Shown here: in pieces, positions 1-8,763 of the stretch | Layout: every line of letters starts with the position of its first letter | Position numbering within the stretch: position 1 is the stretch's first letter | IMG/VR virus record: IMGVR_UViG_3300032116_000001 | Span: 314,849-378,848 of that record | Direction: 5' to 3' (one strand) | Length of the DNA stretch: 64,000 nt | Position numbers and translations under genes: made by a program | Notes under the pieces: model-generated | The model's input: only the letters and a program-made list of their open reading frames with translations | The model's database searches: none | What the model was told of the DNA's origin: nothing

Positions 1-9
1 TTATCGAGC

Positions 10-86
10 GGCCCGCTCGTCTACGTTGGCTAGGACTCCGCGTTTTCAGCGCGGCAAACAGAGATCGACACTCTGGCGGGTCACCA
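10..86 (+). tRNA. tRNA-Glu(TTC)
   Basis: Acceptor GGCCCGC/GCGGGTC plus ACCA; anticodon arm CCGCG-TTTTCAG-CGCGG; T arm CAGAG-ATCGACA-CTCTG (atypical A54). Confidence 0.9.
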
Positions 87-158
87 TTTTTAATCAGATT
101 TCATAAAATCGCTAATTTTTTGTGATTCTGATCGTATTATAGATAACAGAACATTTTC

Positions 159-234
159 GGGGCCATAGCTCAGTTGGGAGAGCACCTGCTTTGCAAGCAG
201 GGGGTCGAGAGTTCGAGTCTCTCTGGCTCCACCA
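159..234 (+). tRNA. tRNA-Ala(TGC)
   Basis: GGGGCCA...TGGCTCCACCA, canonical D and T arms, anticodon loop TTTGCAA. Confidence 0.97.
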
Positions 235-342
235 CGAACGGTTCTAAGGTAGGACATTAAATATTGATGCGGGGCGAACGGACAATAAAAAGTCAATGTG
301 CCAACCAAACCATGGAAGTCTGATGGCATCAATGAAAAAAAT

Positions 343-419
343 CGGGGATTAGCTCAGTTTGGTGGAGCGGGCGCTTTGGGAGCGTCAGGTCGCAGGTTCG
401 AGTCCTGTATCCCCGACCA
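343..419 (+). tRNA. tRNA-Pro(TGG)
   Basis: CGGGGAT...ATCCCCGACCA, loop TTTGGGA, GGTTCGAGTCC. Confidence 0.95.
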
Positions 420-468
420 TTTTTCAAAAAATCTTTGTTCATATTATATTTATTGTACAAAAAACAAT

Positions 469-1230
469 ATGAACAAAAAGACATCTATAATATGGACTGA
501 ATCCAAAGAAAATTTTCAACTTCGAGTTAATAATTGCACGAGCATTGCGGGCATAATACGCAGCTTTGGCCTTTCTATAAGTGGTGCTCAACATAGCCGA
601 ATCAAACAGCGCATTGCTCAGGATTGTATAGATATTTCTCATATTCCTTTGGGTATCGGAGCAAGTAAAGGCTGCAAGAGATTAAATAAGCGAATTCCTT
701 TGGAAGAATATTTATCAAATAATCGGCCCATTCAATCACACGATTTAAAAAAACGATTGTTAAGAGAAAATATTTTTGTTTATGAGTGTAGTGAATGCAA
801 ATTAGGATCATTATGGAATGGCAAGCCGATTTCATTACAGCTTGATCATATTAATGGCAATAATTGTGATAACAGATTGGTTAATCTTCGAATTTTGTGT
901 CCAAATTGTCACTCTCAAACTCCAACATTTAGCGGAAAACACAAAGCGAAGAAGTGTTTGGATTGTGGTGGTAAAATTAGCAGGCCTACATCTACAAGAT
1001 GTAAAAAATGCCATATACACAACAATCGATCACAGCCACCAAAGCCTTCTAAGTACATAAAATTTGGATTAGAAAAAGAAGAACTTGAGATGATAATATG
1101 GAAAAAGCCAACTTGTCAAATTGCAAAAGAATTTGGTGTTTCAGACAAAGCTGTTGAAAAAAGATGTAAAAAGCTAGGAGTTTCTAAGCCTCCAAGAGGT
1201 TATTGGAGAAAGCTGGAAACCGCAAAATAA
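469..1230 (+). CDS. HNH homing-type endonuclease with Zn fingers and C-terminal HTH
   Basis: CSEC...LQLDHING...DNRLVNLRILCPNCHS, CLDC/CKKC, IAKEFGVSDKAV; start moved to ATG 469 because the ORF-track extension runs through tRNA-Pro. Confidence 0.88.
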   Translation: MNKKTSIIWTESKENFQLRVNNCTSIAGIIRSFGLSISGAQHSRIKQRIAQDCIDISHIPLGIGASKGCKRLNKRIPLEEYLSNNRPIQSHDLKKRLLRENIFVYECSECKLGSLWNGKPISLQLDHINGNNCDNRLVNLRILCPNCHSQTPTFSGKHKAKKCLDCGGKISRPTSTRCKKCHIHNNRSQPPKPSKYIKFGLEKEELEMIIWKKPTCQIAKEFGVSDKAVEKRCKKLGVSKPPRGYWRKLETAK

Positions 1231-1236
1231 AAATGT

Positions 1237-1311
1237 GGGCGTGTGACGCAATGGTAGCGTGGGTGCATTACAGGCATCAAGTTGCAGGTTCGAATCCTGT
1301 CATGCCCACCA
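1237..1311 (+). tRNA. tRNA-Val(TAC)
   Basis: GGGCGTG/CATGCCC-ACCA, anticodon arm GGTGC-ATTACAG-GCATC. Confidence 0.9.
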
Positions 1312-1403
1312 CCGATTAGTATAATTTTAAATAACCGAAAAGGTTTAGAACAGTAGCATCCAGGTAATTTCAGTTCAGGGCTCTGCTGCTGTTCTAAAAA
1401 CGC

Positions 1404-1478
1404 GGGCGGTTAGCTCAGTGGTAGAGCACTACATTGACATTGTAGGGGTCACAGGTTCGAAACCTGTACCGCCCACCA
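1404..1478 (+). tRNA. tRNA-Val(GAC)
   Basis: GGGCGGT...ACCGCCCACCA, CTACA-TTGACAT-TGTAG. Confidence 0.96.
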
Positions 1479-1495
1479 AAATATTTTGTTTAAAT

Positions 1496-1573
1496 CTGGG
1501 CGTAGTTCAGTTTGGTTAGAATGCTACTCTGGGAGAGTAGAGGTCATTGGTTCAAATCCAATCGCTCAGACCA
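1496..1573 (+). tRNA. tRNA-Pro(GGG)
   Basis: CTGGGCG...CGCTCAGACCA, CTACT-CTGGGAG-AGTAG. Confidence 0.94.
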
Positions 1574-1636
1574 TTTTTACACATTGAAACAAAATTCAAA
1601 CGGTATGCGTATAATAAATATACAAACAATTTGATT

Positions 1637-1718
1637 GCTTGACGGAAGTTTTGCGGATGAAACGCTGGGCCGATGCATACCCCCAGAGATCGCAGGTTCG
1701 AATCCTGCCTGTCTTGCA
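1637..1718 (+). ncRNA. degenerate fMet-like tRNA element
   Basis: Perfect T arm GCAGG-TTCGAAT-CCTGC; CTGGG...CCCAG stem with an over-long loop; broken acceptor; no CCA. Confidence 0.5.
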
Positions 1719-1721
1719 ATC

Positions 1722-1778
1722 GGGACCGAAGGTCAGACTTCTGCATCAGTCATTGGTTCAACTCCGATAGGTCCCACA
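1722..1778 (+). ncRNA. D-armless tRNA-like RNA
   Basis: GGGACC/GGTCCC acceptor, T arm ATTGG-TTCAACT-CCGAT, GACT...AGTC arm with GCA in the loop, only 57 nt. Confidence 0.5.
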
Positions 1779-1862
1779 AGTTTCTCGTACATTGCGGTCT
1801 GAGATGACCGCCCCGATCATAAAATAAAACAATCAATGGAAAGCGACTATCACTATACCATT

Positions 1863-1954
1863 GGGTGATGACTCCCCTGCATGTCTGTAAAACATGTGCC
1901 GCATCAGAACGTGGGGAAATATGGCGAGAGGTGAAATTCCTCCATCACCCACCA
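1863..1954 (+). ncRNA. non-canonical tRNA-Tyr(GTA)-like RNA
   Basis: GGGTGAT/ATCACCC-ACCA; CATGT-CTGTAAA-ACATG anticodon arm; no normal D arm; T loop TGAAATT. Confidence 0.6.
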
Positions 1955-1999
1955 CGACATTCAATGCGAAGGCATTAACGACCATAACAGATAAAGCAA

Positions 2000-2084
2000 G
2001 GGAGTATCGCATAGAGGCAATTGCGGGAGACTGTAAATCTCCTCTGGAAACAGTTCGTAGGTTCGAGTCCTGCTGCTCCCACCA
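2000..2084 (+). tRNA. tRNA-Tyr(GTA)
   Basis: GGGAGTA...TGCTCCCACCA, GGAGA-CTGTAAA-TCTCC, long variable arm. Confidence 0.96.
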
Positions 2085-2290
2085 AAATTATAAACTATTA
2101 TGAAAAATACAAATATTACGATTCGCATGCTTTAGTAAACTTCCTTAACGGAAGCTTCAGGAGCTTGCGAATTGAAACACAACCGATCATATCGTCGTCA
2201 CCAATCCGAAAAGATTAAGAAAAAAATTCGTCGTCGCATTCAAGTGTCGATGAACATGCTTGATATCTTTGAGGATATGGGTTGTAAACT

Positions 2291-3615
2291 GTTCTGAAAA
2301 ATCTACTAATTTCTAAAAAATTCTCAAATCATGCAGGAATACTTAGGGTATGTCCTTTAATAAACTAATGTGATTGCAGTAGAAAGACATCATATTAAAG
2401 CAACGAAAGATTTACTCAGGCTGACAAGCCTGAGTAAAGAACTCTATAATAGATGCAATTTCTTAATGAGACAAGCATGGTTTAAGAAAGAAAGACTGCC
2501 AGATATTAGCATTCTTATTAAAGAAACTCAACATTTGAATTGTTTCAAGAATCTACATAATACAAAAACTGCAAAACAAACAATCCGTCAAGTATTGACG
2601 GATTGGAGTAACTATAGAAAGGCACTTACTGCCTACGGCAGAGATAAATCTAAATTCTTAGGATGTCCTAAGCCTCCTCACTATAAAAAGAAACTATCTC
2701 AAGTGATTTTCTATAATGAAACAATTAAAGGAGGACAGAGCGGAAAGCCAAAGGCTTTCCTTACTCCAACAAATAATTGCTTCAGTATTAAATCAGATAA
2801 ACAGTACAAACAAGTAGTAGTTACTCCAAAAACTTTTGGTTTTATGATAGAAGTTCAATATGAACTTCCTAATATCCCAAAGCCGAAAACTAAGAAAAAC
2901 AATTTTTGTTGCATTGACATAGGATTGAATAATCTAGCAACGATAACTTCAGATAAGCATAGTCCAATACTTATCAACGGTCGTATAGTTAAATCATTCA
3001 ATCAACAATACAACAAGAACGTCAGTAAGAAATCATCTCGAAAGAGATATTTTAGACTGGAAAATTACTTCCATCATGTCAGTAAAATCATTGTGGAAAA
3101 TTGTGTTAAACACAATCTAGGAACTATTGTCATTGGCAAAAATGATGGATGGAAAACAGGGATGAAACTTGGAAAGAAAACAAATCAGAATTTCTGTTCT
3201 GTTCCCTTCTGTAATTTATTTCAGAAGATTCAGTACAAGGCTAACGCATTGGGAATTGATGTTATCTTTACTGAAGAATCCTACACAAGTCAAGCATCAT
3301 TTCTGGATAGGGATGAAATCCCTGTCTGGAAGAAAGGAAGGCAGAATGAATATGAGTTCTCTGGAACTCGTATTAAAAGAGGCTTGTATCGCAGTGCCGA
3401 AGGCACTCTGCTTAATGCAGATGCAAATGGCAGTGCAAACATTGGACGAAAAGTATTCCCAAACGACGCCTTCGGCGTTGAATGGGATAGGAGCGTTGCC
3501 GAAACGCCAGTTGTCGTTAATCCATTAAGACAAGTGTGCGCAGCCTAACGGCTGCGAGCAACACACTTAGCTGATTAAGACATAAACTTGTAGATTTTTG
3601 TAGATTTACAGGAAC
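2291..3615 (+). mobile_element. tnpB-only IS200/605-IS607-type element (ends approximate)
   Basis: Imperfect inverted ends GTTCTGAAAAATCTAC (2291) and GTAGATTTACAGGAAC (3615); hairpin CGCAGCC-TAAC-GGCTGCG at the tnpB 3' end; no tnpA. Confidence 0.55.
2370..3548 (+). CDS. tnpB: RNA-guided endonuclease TnpB
   Basis: CIDIGLNNLA (RuvC-I), IVIGKNDGWK...NQNF, EESYTSQAS, RIKRGLY, NADANGSANI. Confidence 0.9.
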   Translation: MIAVERHHIKATKDLLRLTSLSKELYNRCNFLMRQAWFKKERLPDISILIKETQHLNCFKNLHNTKTAKQTIRQVLTDWSNYRKALTAYGRDKSKFLGCPKPPHYKKKLSQVIFYNETIKGGQSGKPKAFLTPTNNCFSIKSDKQYKQVVVTPKTFGFMIEVQYELPNIPKPKTKKNNFCCIDIGLNNLATITSDKHSPILINGRIVKSFNQQYNKNVSKKSSRKRYFRLENYFHHVSKIIVENCVKHNLGTIVIGKNDGWKTGMKLGKKTNQNFCSVPFCNLFQKIQYKANALGIDVIFTEESYTSQASFLDRDEIPVWKKGRQNEYEFSGTRIKRGLYRSAEGTLLNADANGSANIGRKVFPNDAFGVEWDRSVAETPVVVNPLRQVCAA

Positions 3616-3928
3616 GGTTATACGTGGGTCAACAAGGCCTACAGAGACAAAGTTGTTAGAAATCATTATAAAAATGAAGGCAAAACAACGATATTAGGCT
3701 CTAAATGTCTTTGCGATTATTGCGAGTCAAACAGAACTATTCGCCAACAACAGGCTTTAGAAAAAGCACTTGATGAATGTGGTGAATATTTTAAAAATGG
3801 TGTTTATAATGAGGATCACAATCATGATGCTTACGGGCACCGAAAACACAATCGTGGCCGTAAGCATGAAAATCGCTTTTACGGCATGGTGGATGAAAGA
3901 TTCCACTAAGGACGAGGTATAGAAAACT

Positions 3929-4141
3929 ATGAAAACATATCTAGTAACATTAAAACCTGCGCCCAATGATCACAAGATTGGTCGTGCGCAGCTCTCGGCT
4001 ACTCTTGACAAAATGGGAATATCCCATAACATAAAAGAATTTTGGTACTTTGGAAGACACAGGGCTGTCATTGAGATGCATCCCTCTTCTGCCAAAAAAG
4101 TTGAAAGTAGCGGCTTGGCCGAAAGTGTATGCTTTGCTTAA
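3929..4141 (+). CDS. hypothetical protein
   Basis: 70 aa ORF with GAGG upstream. Confidence 0.5.
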   Translation: MKTYLVTLKPAPNDHKIGRAQLSATLDKMGISHNIKEFWYFGRHRAVIEMHPSSAKKVESSGLAESVCFA

Positions 4142-4145
4142 TTGC

Positions 4146-4175
4146 AACTTTTTGCTTTCGGTTAACGTAATATAA
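4146..4175 (+). promoter_or_regulatory. recurrent promoter motif AACTTTT-N13-CGTA
   Basis: Same motif and spacing at 9066, 9774, 11906, 23952 (+) and 62308-62331, 57705-57728 (-), always intergenic and upstream of a gene or tRNA. Confidence 0.7.
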
Positions 4176-4455
4176 ATGTTGTCCGATCAGATCGTGGAAA
4201 CACGATGGATGCTCAGTTGGCTGATTGTAGACTGGGACTTGAAGCGCAACAAGCAACTAATGGTCAAAAACGGTGTAATAAACCATATTGCGCAATATCC
4301 GTGACAGTTCGGAGAGACGAACAACCAGATTTACCAGGGCACACGCTAGGGAAAGATTTGGGGAATAGAGGCTCTCCGTTAGGGAGGGATGCTCACCGCG
4401 CTCCCCGTGCGGACCATGAAGAATGGATAGGCCCAAGCGCCTCATAATTGGTAAA

Positions 4456-4538
4456 GCCCCGTTACCTCGAAGACAGCGATGTTGTTGAGGAGCTTACTGA
4501 TAATACAGCACCTGGAGAATGACCAGGACGGGGCACCA
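4456..4538 (+). ncRNA. non-canonical tRNA-Ile(GAT)-like RNA
   Basis: GCCCCGT/ACGGGGC-ACCA; loop CTGATAA in a bulged stem; T arm CCTGG-AGAATGA-CCAGG; oversized D-region hairpin. Confidence 0.55.
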
Positions 4539-4543
4539 ATTTT

Positions 4544-4612
4544 GCCGTTCGTAGCTCAGAGGCAGAGCGCCAGTGCACAGGGAGACGTGGTTCGAATCCG
4601 CCGACGGCACCA
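4544..4612 (+). ncRNA. tRNA-like RNA with truncated anticodon arm
   Basis: Normal D arm (GCTC-AGAGGCA-GAGC), GGTTCGAATCC and ACCA end, anticodon arm about 5 nt short, 69 nt. Confidence 0.6.
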
Positions 4613-4650
4613 GTTTTAAACATTTAAACCTATTTATTCGAAAAGCCATT

Positions 4651-5310
4651 ATGAAAAAGTTCAAACAATTTGATGTTTTGGTGTCTGACACTATTGAGAA
4701 GGTTCTTGCTCAAATTGGATCACAAACAATCTTGGTGACTTCAGTAAAGGGCGATGTTGTTTCAGTTAAGGGCAATTCTTTAAGACTTCGAACATTTAAA
4801 GAAACGGGAGTGATGTGCCCACTCTGCGAAGCGCAGGCAACACATTGGGTATTGACTTACACAAGTGAGGATAAGGCTCATTTAAATTTAATGGGGCCTG
4901 ACGGGTTGTTATTCACACACGATCACGTAACTCCGCTAAACCAAGGCGGACAAGACAATCTTGCAAACTCACACACTATGTGCTTTGATTGTAATTACTT
5001 TCTTGGGGATAAGTCGCATTTTTATGGCGAGGCGTCCCAGAACATTAAATTATTGCTTGAAACAACAAGAGTGGTCTATAATAGTGAAAATCAGGCCTGG
5101 CGCGTGAGTGTCAACAAGATGGGGCACACGGCGAGGCGACCCAAGAGGCTATATTCGGATTTTTATAGTTTTGGCGAGGCTTTTAAGTTTGCTAAAGACC
5201 TTGTTGATAACCCAAGAATAGATGAATTTATTGGACCTGTAATGTTGCGGCCAGAGCATACCCTTCGTGTTACTGCGCTTGAAGATTGGCTTAAAAATAA
5301 TTCAATTTAA
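4651..5310 (+). CDS. HNH endonuclease family protein
   Basis: CPLC...THDHVTPLNQGGQDNLANSHTMCFDCN; start at ATG 4651, downstream of the tRNA-like RNA. Confidence 0.8.
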   Translation: MKKFKQFDVLVSDTIEKVLAQIGSQTILVTSVKGDVVSVKGNSLRLRTFKETGVMCPLCEAQATHWVLTYTSEDKAHLNLMGPDGLLFTHDHVTPLNQGGQDNLANSHTMCFDCNYFLGDKSHFYGEASQNIKLLLETTRVVYNSENQAWRVSVNKMGHTARRPKRLYSDFYSFGEAFKFAKDLVDNPRIDEFIGPVMLRPEHTLRVTALEDWLKNNSI

Positions 5311-5368
5311 ATATATACGCAATCATTTAGAGGGCGTGGTGCTATCGTAATTGAATTCAAAAGGTGTC

Positions 5369-7564
5369 ATGGGCGCAAACTACGTACCTTCTCAAATCAC
5401 AGATATCAATGGGCTCAATGCAGCTTTAAAAGCTGGCTCATGGAGTGTTATTTCTAATAACCCGATTCGTCCGTCTGCTAGAATTTCCTCATCTTCTTTT
5501 TTTACAGAAACAGGAAGAATTGAAGTTGTCCCTCCGTTTGATATAGTCGCTGTAAGACTTGTGTATGCTAACTGGTATACGGGCGGCACTGGAGAAACCC
5601 CGAACACAAACCCAATCTGCATCACCGCTACTGTTCAACCAAGAGTCACCACGGTCAATGAAGTCGCTGGCGATCCAACAATTCCTGTTACCTTTGGTGG
5701 CAAGAGTTATATTTGGCTGGGCCGTGGCAAAATTGCCATTTCTGACCCCGTTTATATAGGGGTTCCAGCTGGTCAAAGATTTTATGTTAAATCATCTCCC
5801 AACAATGCCCTCCCTGCTGCTCCCCCTGCCCCCACAGTAAACGTTAGTGGCTCAGGGAGTGCCTTTTCCTCAGGCAATACTTGTCATTTTTCTATAACTT
5901 ATGTTTATCCTGATGGAATTGAAAGTCTTGCGTCGGCAACAACTTCTGCTTCCATTGCAAGTTCGGGTCAGAACTTTGTAGTAACCTCGCCAACTGCCGT
6001 TGCTGGCGCTATTGGCTATCGTGTTTGGATGAGTTATGTTGGTGCCACAACTCCTCAATATGATGCAGGGTCAGGTACGGTTCCATTTGGAACAAACTTC
6101 ACTGTAACTCGCGGCTTGCCGAGTGCCACGGCACAAAACATTGAGCAGGTAGAGGGTGGTGGTCCATCTTATTACCCAGTCGGAAGTGGTGTTTTAGGCG
6201 GCACAGGTGCTGGTAGCGCTAATAATGGAGAAGGATTTACTAATGGTGTAAACTGGACCCCCGACGGCAGAGCTGTTACAGCTCAAGGAGCTGGAAATAA
6301 ATTTGGCCCCACCGCGGTCTTGGCCATTGCTGCAGATGGTGAACTGAAGAAGAGCGTGGGCCTTATCGGTGATTCAATCATGTCAGCCGCTGGCGATAAT
6401 GGATTTGGCTGGCAGCGCGGCGGATTTATAGTAAGGGCAATAACAGGACAATTAAGCAGAGCTTATGATGCAAATATTGTTCCAAATTTTGGACATGTCA
6501 TGGTTGCGCAGGGGAGCGAATCCGCATCACAATTTGCAGGACCCGCAGGAATGAAGCGCACACAGTTAGCGTCACTTTGTACTACGGTTGTTTCCAATTA
6601 TGGCACTAATGATCTTTCTAATGGATCGGCGCAGGTTTGCGGTAATATTTGGATTATTGGTAAGCGATTTACTGATCAGGGAAAGAAATTCATACAAACC
6701 ACTTTGGACCCAAGAACTTCTCAGTCTCCTGCTAACGGATGGCAAACCATATCGGGGCAAACCGTGACCGCAGTATCTGAAGGCGCAAGAAGAGCTATCA
6801 ATAATTGGATTATTTCAAACACGGGACAAACCGTGATTACAAATGAGGCCCCCTTTAGAATTTATGCGGGCAGCCAAGGACCAGGTTATAATTTTTATGG
6901 TGGCAGTACAGGAACTATTGTTTCCTTTGCGACATCTCATCCATTTATCCAAGGCACCGAAAGTGTTACTGTAAATGGTGCCGAACAGGCCTTTACTTCA
7001 AACTATACATACTATCAAACCTTTACGGTAAATGGAATAAATTATGCAAGTGGTATCACCTTTACATCGGCTCCTGCTGATGGATCAGATGTACGAATAA
7101 CTTTCACTAAAATGGCTGGTTTATGTCATTCTGGCAATGGATTAAGTGGTTTGGCCGATCACTGGGATACAGCATCTGCTGTTGAGGTTGATGCGAACGG
7201 TAATAATCTTTTAAATGGAGGTTGGGTCAAGCCCTTGACGACAATTCATGTTCCGTCAAGAAACGTCACGGCAGCGACATCAACAGTTATTACAGACTCA
7301 ACTCAATCTTGGACCCAAGATCAATGGAGAGGATATTGCATGATGATTACGGCAGACTCTTCCACCCCTGCGGCAGTTGGGCAGGTAAGATGCATTCAGT
7401 TTAACTCAGCAACGCAGTTAACAACTAATACATCATTTTCTCCCGCGCCGTCCGCAAGTGCTCAATATGCAATCATATCAACAAATATGACAGACGGAAC
7501 ACATGTTAGCACAGAGGGGCATATTGCGAAAGCCCAAGTTGTTGATTTGACAAAAATTATGTAA
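5369..7564 (+). CDS. SGNH/GDSL-hydrolase-domain putative virion or tail protein
   Basis: IGDSI, NYGTNDL and DGTH blocks embedded in G/T/S-rich beta-type sequence. Confidence 0.65.
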   Translation: MGANYVPSQITDINGLNAALKAGSWSVISNNPIRPSARISSSSFFTETGRIEVVPPFDIVAVRLVYANWYTGGTGETPNTNPICITATVQPRVTTVNEVAGDPTIPVTFGGKSYIWLGRGKIAISDPVYIGVPAGQRFYVKSSPNNALPAAPPAPTVNVSGSGSAFSSGNTCHFSITYVYPDGIESLASATTSASIASSGQNFVVTSPTAVAGAIGYRVWMSYVGATTPQYDAGSGTVPFGTNFTVTRGLPSATAQNIEQVEGGGPSYYPVGSGVLGGTGAGSANNGEGFTNGVNWTPDGRAVTAQGAGNKFGPTAVLAIAADGELKKSVGLIGDSIMSAAGDNGFGWQRGGFIVRAITGQLSRAYDANIVPNFGHVMVAQGSESASQFAGPAGMKRTQLASLCTTVVSNYGTNDLSNGSAQVCGNIWIIGKRFTDQGKKFIQTTLDPRTSQSPANGWQTISGQTVTAVSEGARRAINNWIISNTGQTVITNEAPFRIYAGSQGPGYNFYGGSTGTIVSFATSHPFIQGTESVTVNGAEQAFTSNYTYYQTFTVNGINYASGITFTSAPADGSDVRITFTKMAGLCHSGNGLSGLADHWDTASAVEVDANGNNLLNGGWVKPLTTIHVPSRNVTAATSTVITDSTQSWTQDQWRGYCMMITADSSTPAAVGQVRCIQFNSATQLTTNTSFSPAPSASAQYAIISTNMTDGTHVSTEGHIAKAQVVDLTKIM

Positions 7565-7570
7565 AATATT

Positions 7571-8437
7571 ATGCCTACTTTTAACTACCCAATATCAGCA
7601 TCTCTGGGATCATCTAAATCAGGCCTAACCCCCAATGTAGGCTTCAGGGTTGTTTCCGCTGATGATGTCGTTAGAATTTCAAGAACAACATCTGGTGTTG
7701 AAGAAATCCTTGACGCATTGGGTAATGCCACAACAGGGATATACAAAGCTGTAATAACTTTGAATTCTGATTGGGGATTAGTTAGAATTATATGGGATGT
7801 TGATGACCTTGATGGCGTTGTCGCTGAAGAAGTAGTCAACACCGCCGCGCCATCAAACCTTTCATCCTATAACTATCAACAGCCATTAGTCGTTAGTTTT
7901 GGTTCTGCTTTTTCTGGTCTTGAAACTTTTGTTAGCTATCAAGTGATTAGTGCTGACGGCACGGTCAGAATATCAAGGACGAATTCTGGTGTTATAGAAA
8001 GAACCGACTGGGATGGGGCAGAAAGCACGGGTGTGTATGAAGTTACGGCCACGTTCAATAGGGCATGGGGTGCTGTGCTGGTGGTTTGGGACATCACGGA
8101 TGTTGAAAATGTTGCCGCAGTTGAGACCATCCTGGCTTCATCAGTTCGACCAAAACCAATTGACTCCGCTGCGGCACCTGGGGCTATTTGGGCGAACCCA
8201 TATACAACAAATGTTCTGGGTAATTTTTACAGTGCGTGGGATCAATTGTGCGCTGAAGTTGATTTTATGAAAGCTTCCTTAGATGACCCAAGTCTCACGG
8301 ACAATCAAAAAAATTATTTTGTTCAAATGTATTCGCCCAGGATAGAAAATGTTAAAAATATGTTTGTGAAAAGTTTTAAAATACTTCAAGATACAAATCC
8401 GCAAATACCACTTTCTAAAGATCAAGAATTATCTTAA
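7571..8437 (+). CDS. putative structural protein with two internal ~95 aa repeats
   Basis: SADDVVRISRTTSGV..TGIY..DWG..IWD repeated as SADGTVRISRTNSGV..TGVY..AWG..VWD. Confidence 0.6.
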   Translation: MPTFNYPISASLGSSKSGLTPNVGFRVVSADDVVRISRTTSGVEEILDALGNATTGIYKAVITLNSDWGLVRIIWDVDDLDGVVAEEVVNTAAPSNLSSYNYQQPLVVSFGSAFSGLETFVSYQVISADGTVRISRTNSGVIERTDWDGAESTGVYEVTATFNRAWGAVLVVWDITDVENVAAVETILASSVRPKPIDSAAAPGAIWANPYTTNVLGNFYSAWDQLCAEVDFMKASLDDPSLTDNQKNYFVQMYSPRIENVKNMFVKSFKILQDTNPQIPLSKDQELS

Positions 8438-8451
8438 TTACAAGGAAAACT

Positions 8452-8763
8452 ATGAATATCAAATCTAAAGATCAATTTACAAACTTAATTGAAAAAGTTT
8501 CTTACGAAAAACCAGTGCTGTTTGATTTTTATGCTGAATGGTGTGGTCCTTGCAAAGCGCTTTCTCCGATCATTGACATAATCGGAGAAGAACTTGGTGA
8601 TAATGCGGCGATTTTCAAAATTGATGTAGACGAATTTTATGAAATCGCGGATAGCCTTGGCATTCGGGGTATGCCCACCATCATTATTTATCGCAATGGT
8701 GGAATCCAACATCAAGTAAGCGGCTTAATTTCAAAAGACAAAATATTGGAGATGTTAAAATAA
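8452..8763 (+). CDS. trxA: thioredoxin
   Basis: FYAEWCGPCK active site, IRGMPT. Confidence 0.95.
   Translation: MNIKSKDQFTNLIEKVSYEKPVLFDFYAEWCGPCKALSPIIDIIGEELGDNAAIFKIDVDEFYEIADSLGIRGMPTIIIYRNGGIQHQVSGLISKDKILEMLK

Noticed and set aside
10-86. A54 (ATCGA) T loop in tRNA-Glu as a novelty
   Set aside because: Single deviation in an otherwise perfect cloverleaf; insufficient on its own.
265-331. TGATGC...GCATCA-bounded segment between tRNA-Ala and tRNA-Pro
   Set aside because: Only a 6 bp pairing, with no T-loop or other supporting structure.
298-468. N-terminal extension of the HNH ORF
   Set aside because: Runs through tRNA-Pro; the real start is more likely ATG 469.
4180-4538. tmRNA, RNase P RNA or group I intron
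   Set aside because: No GGGGCTG 5' end or tag ORF, no GAGGAAAGUCC, and no convincing P7 pairing.
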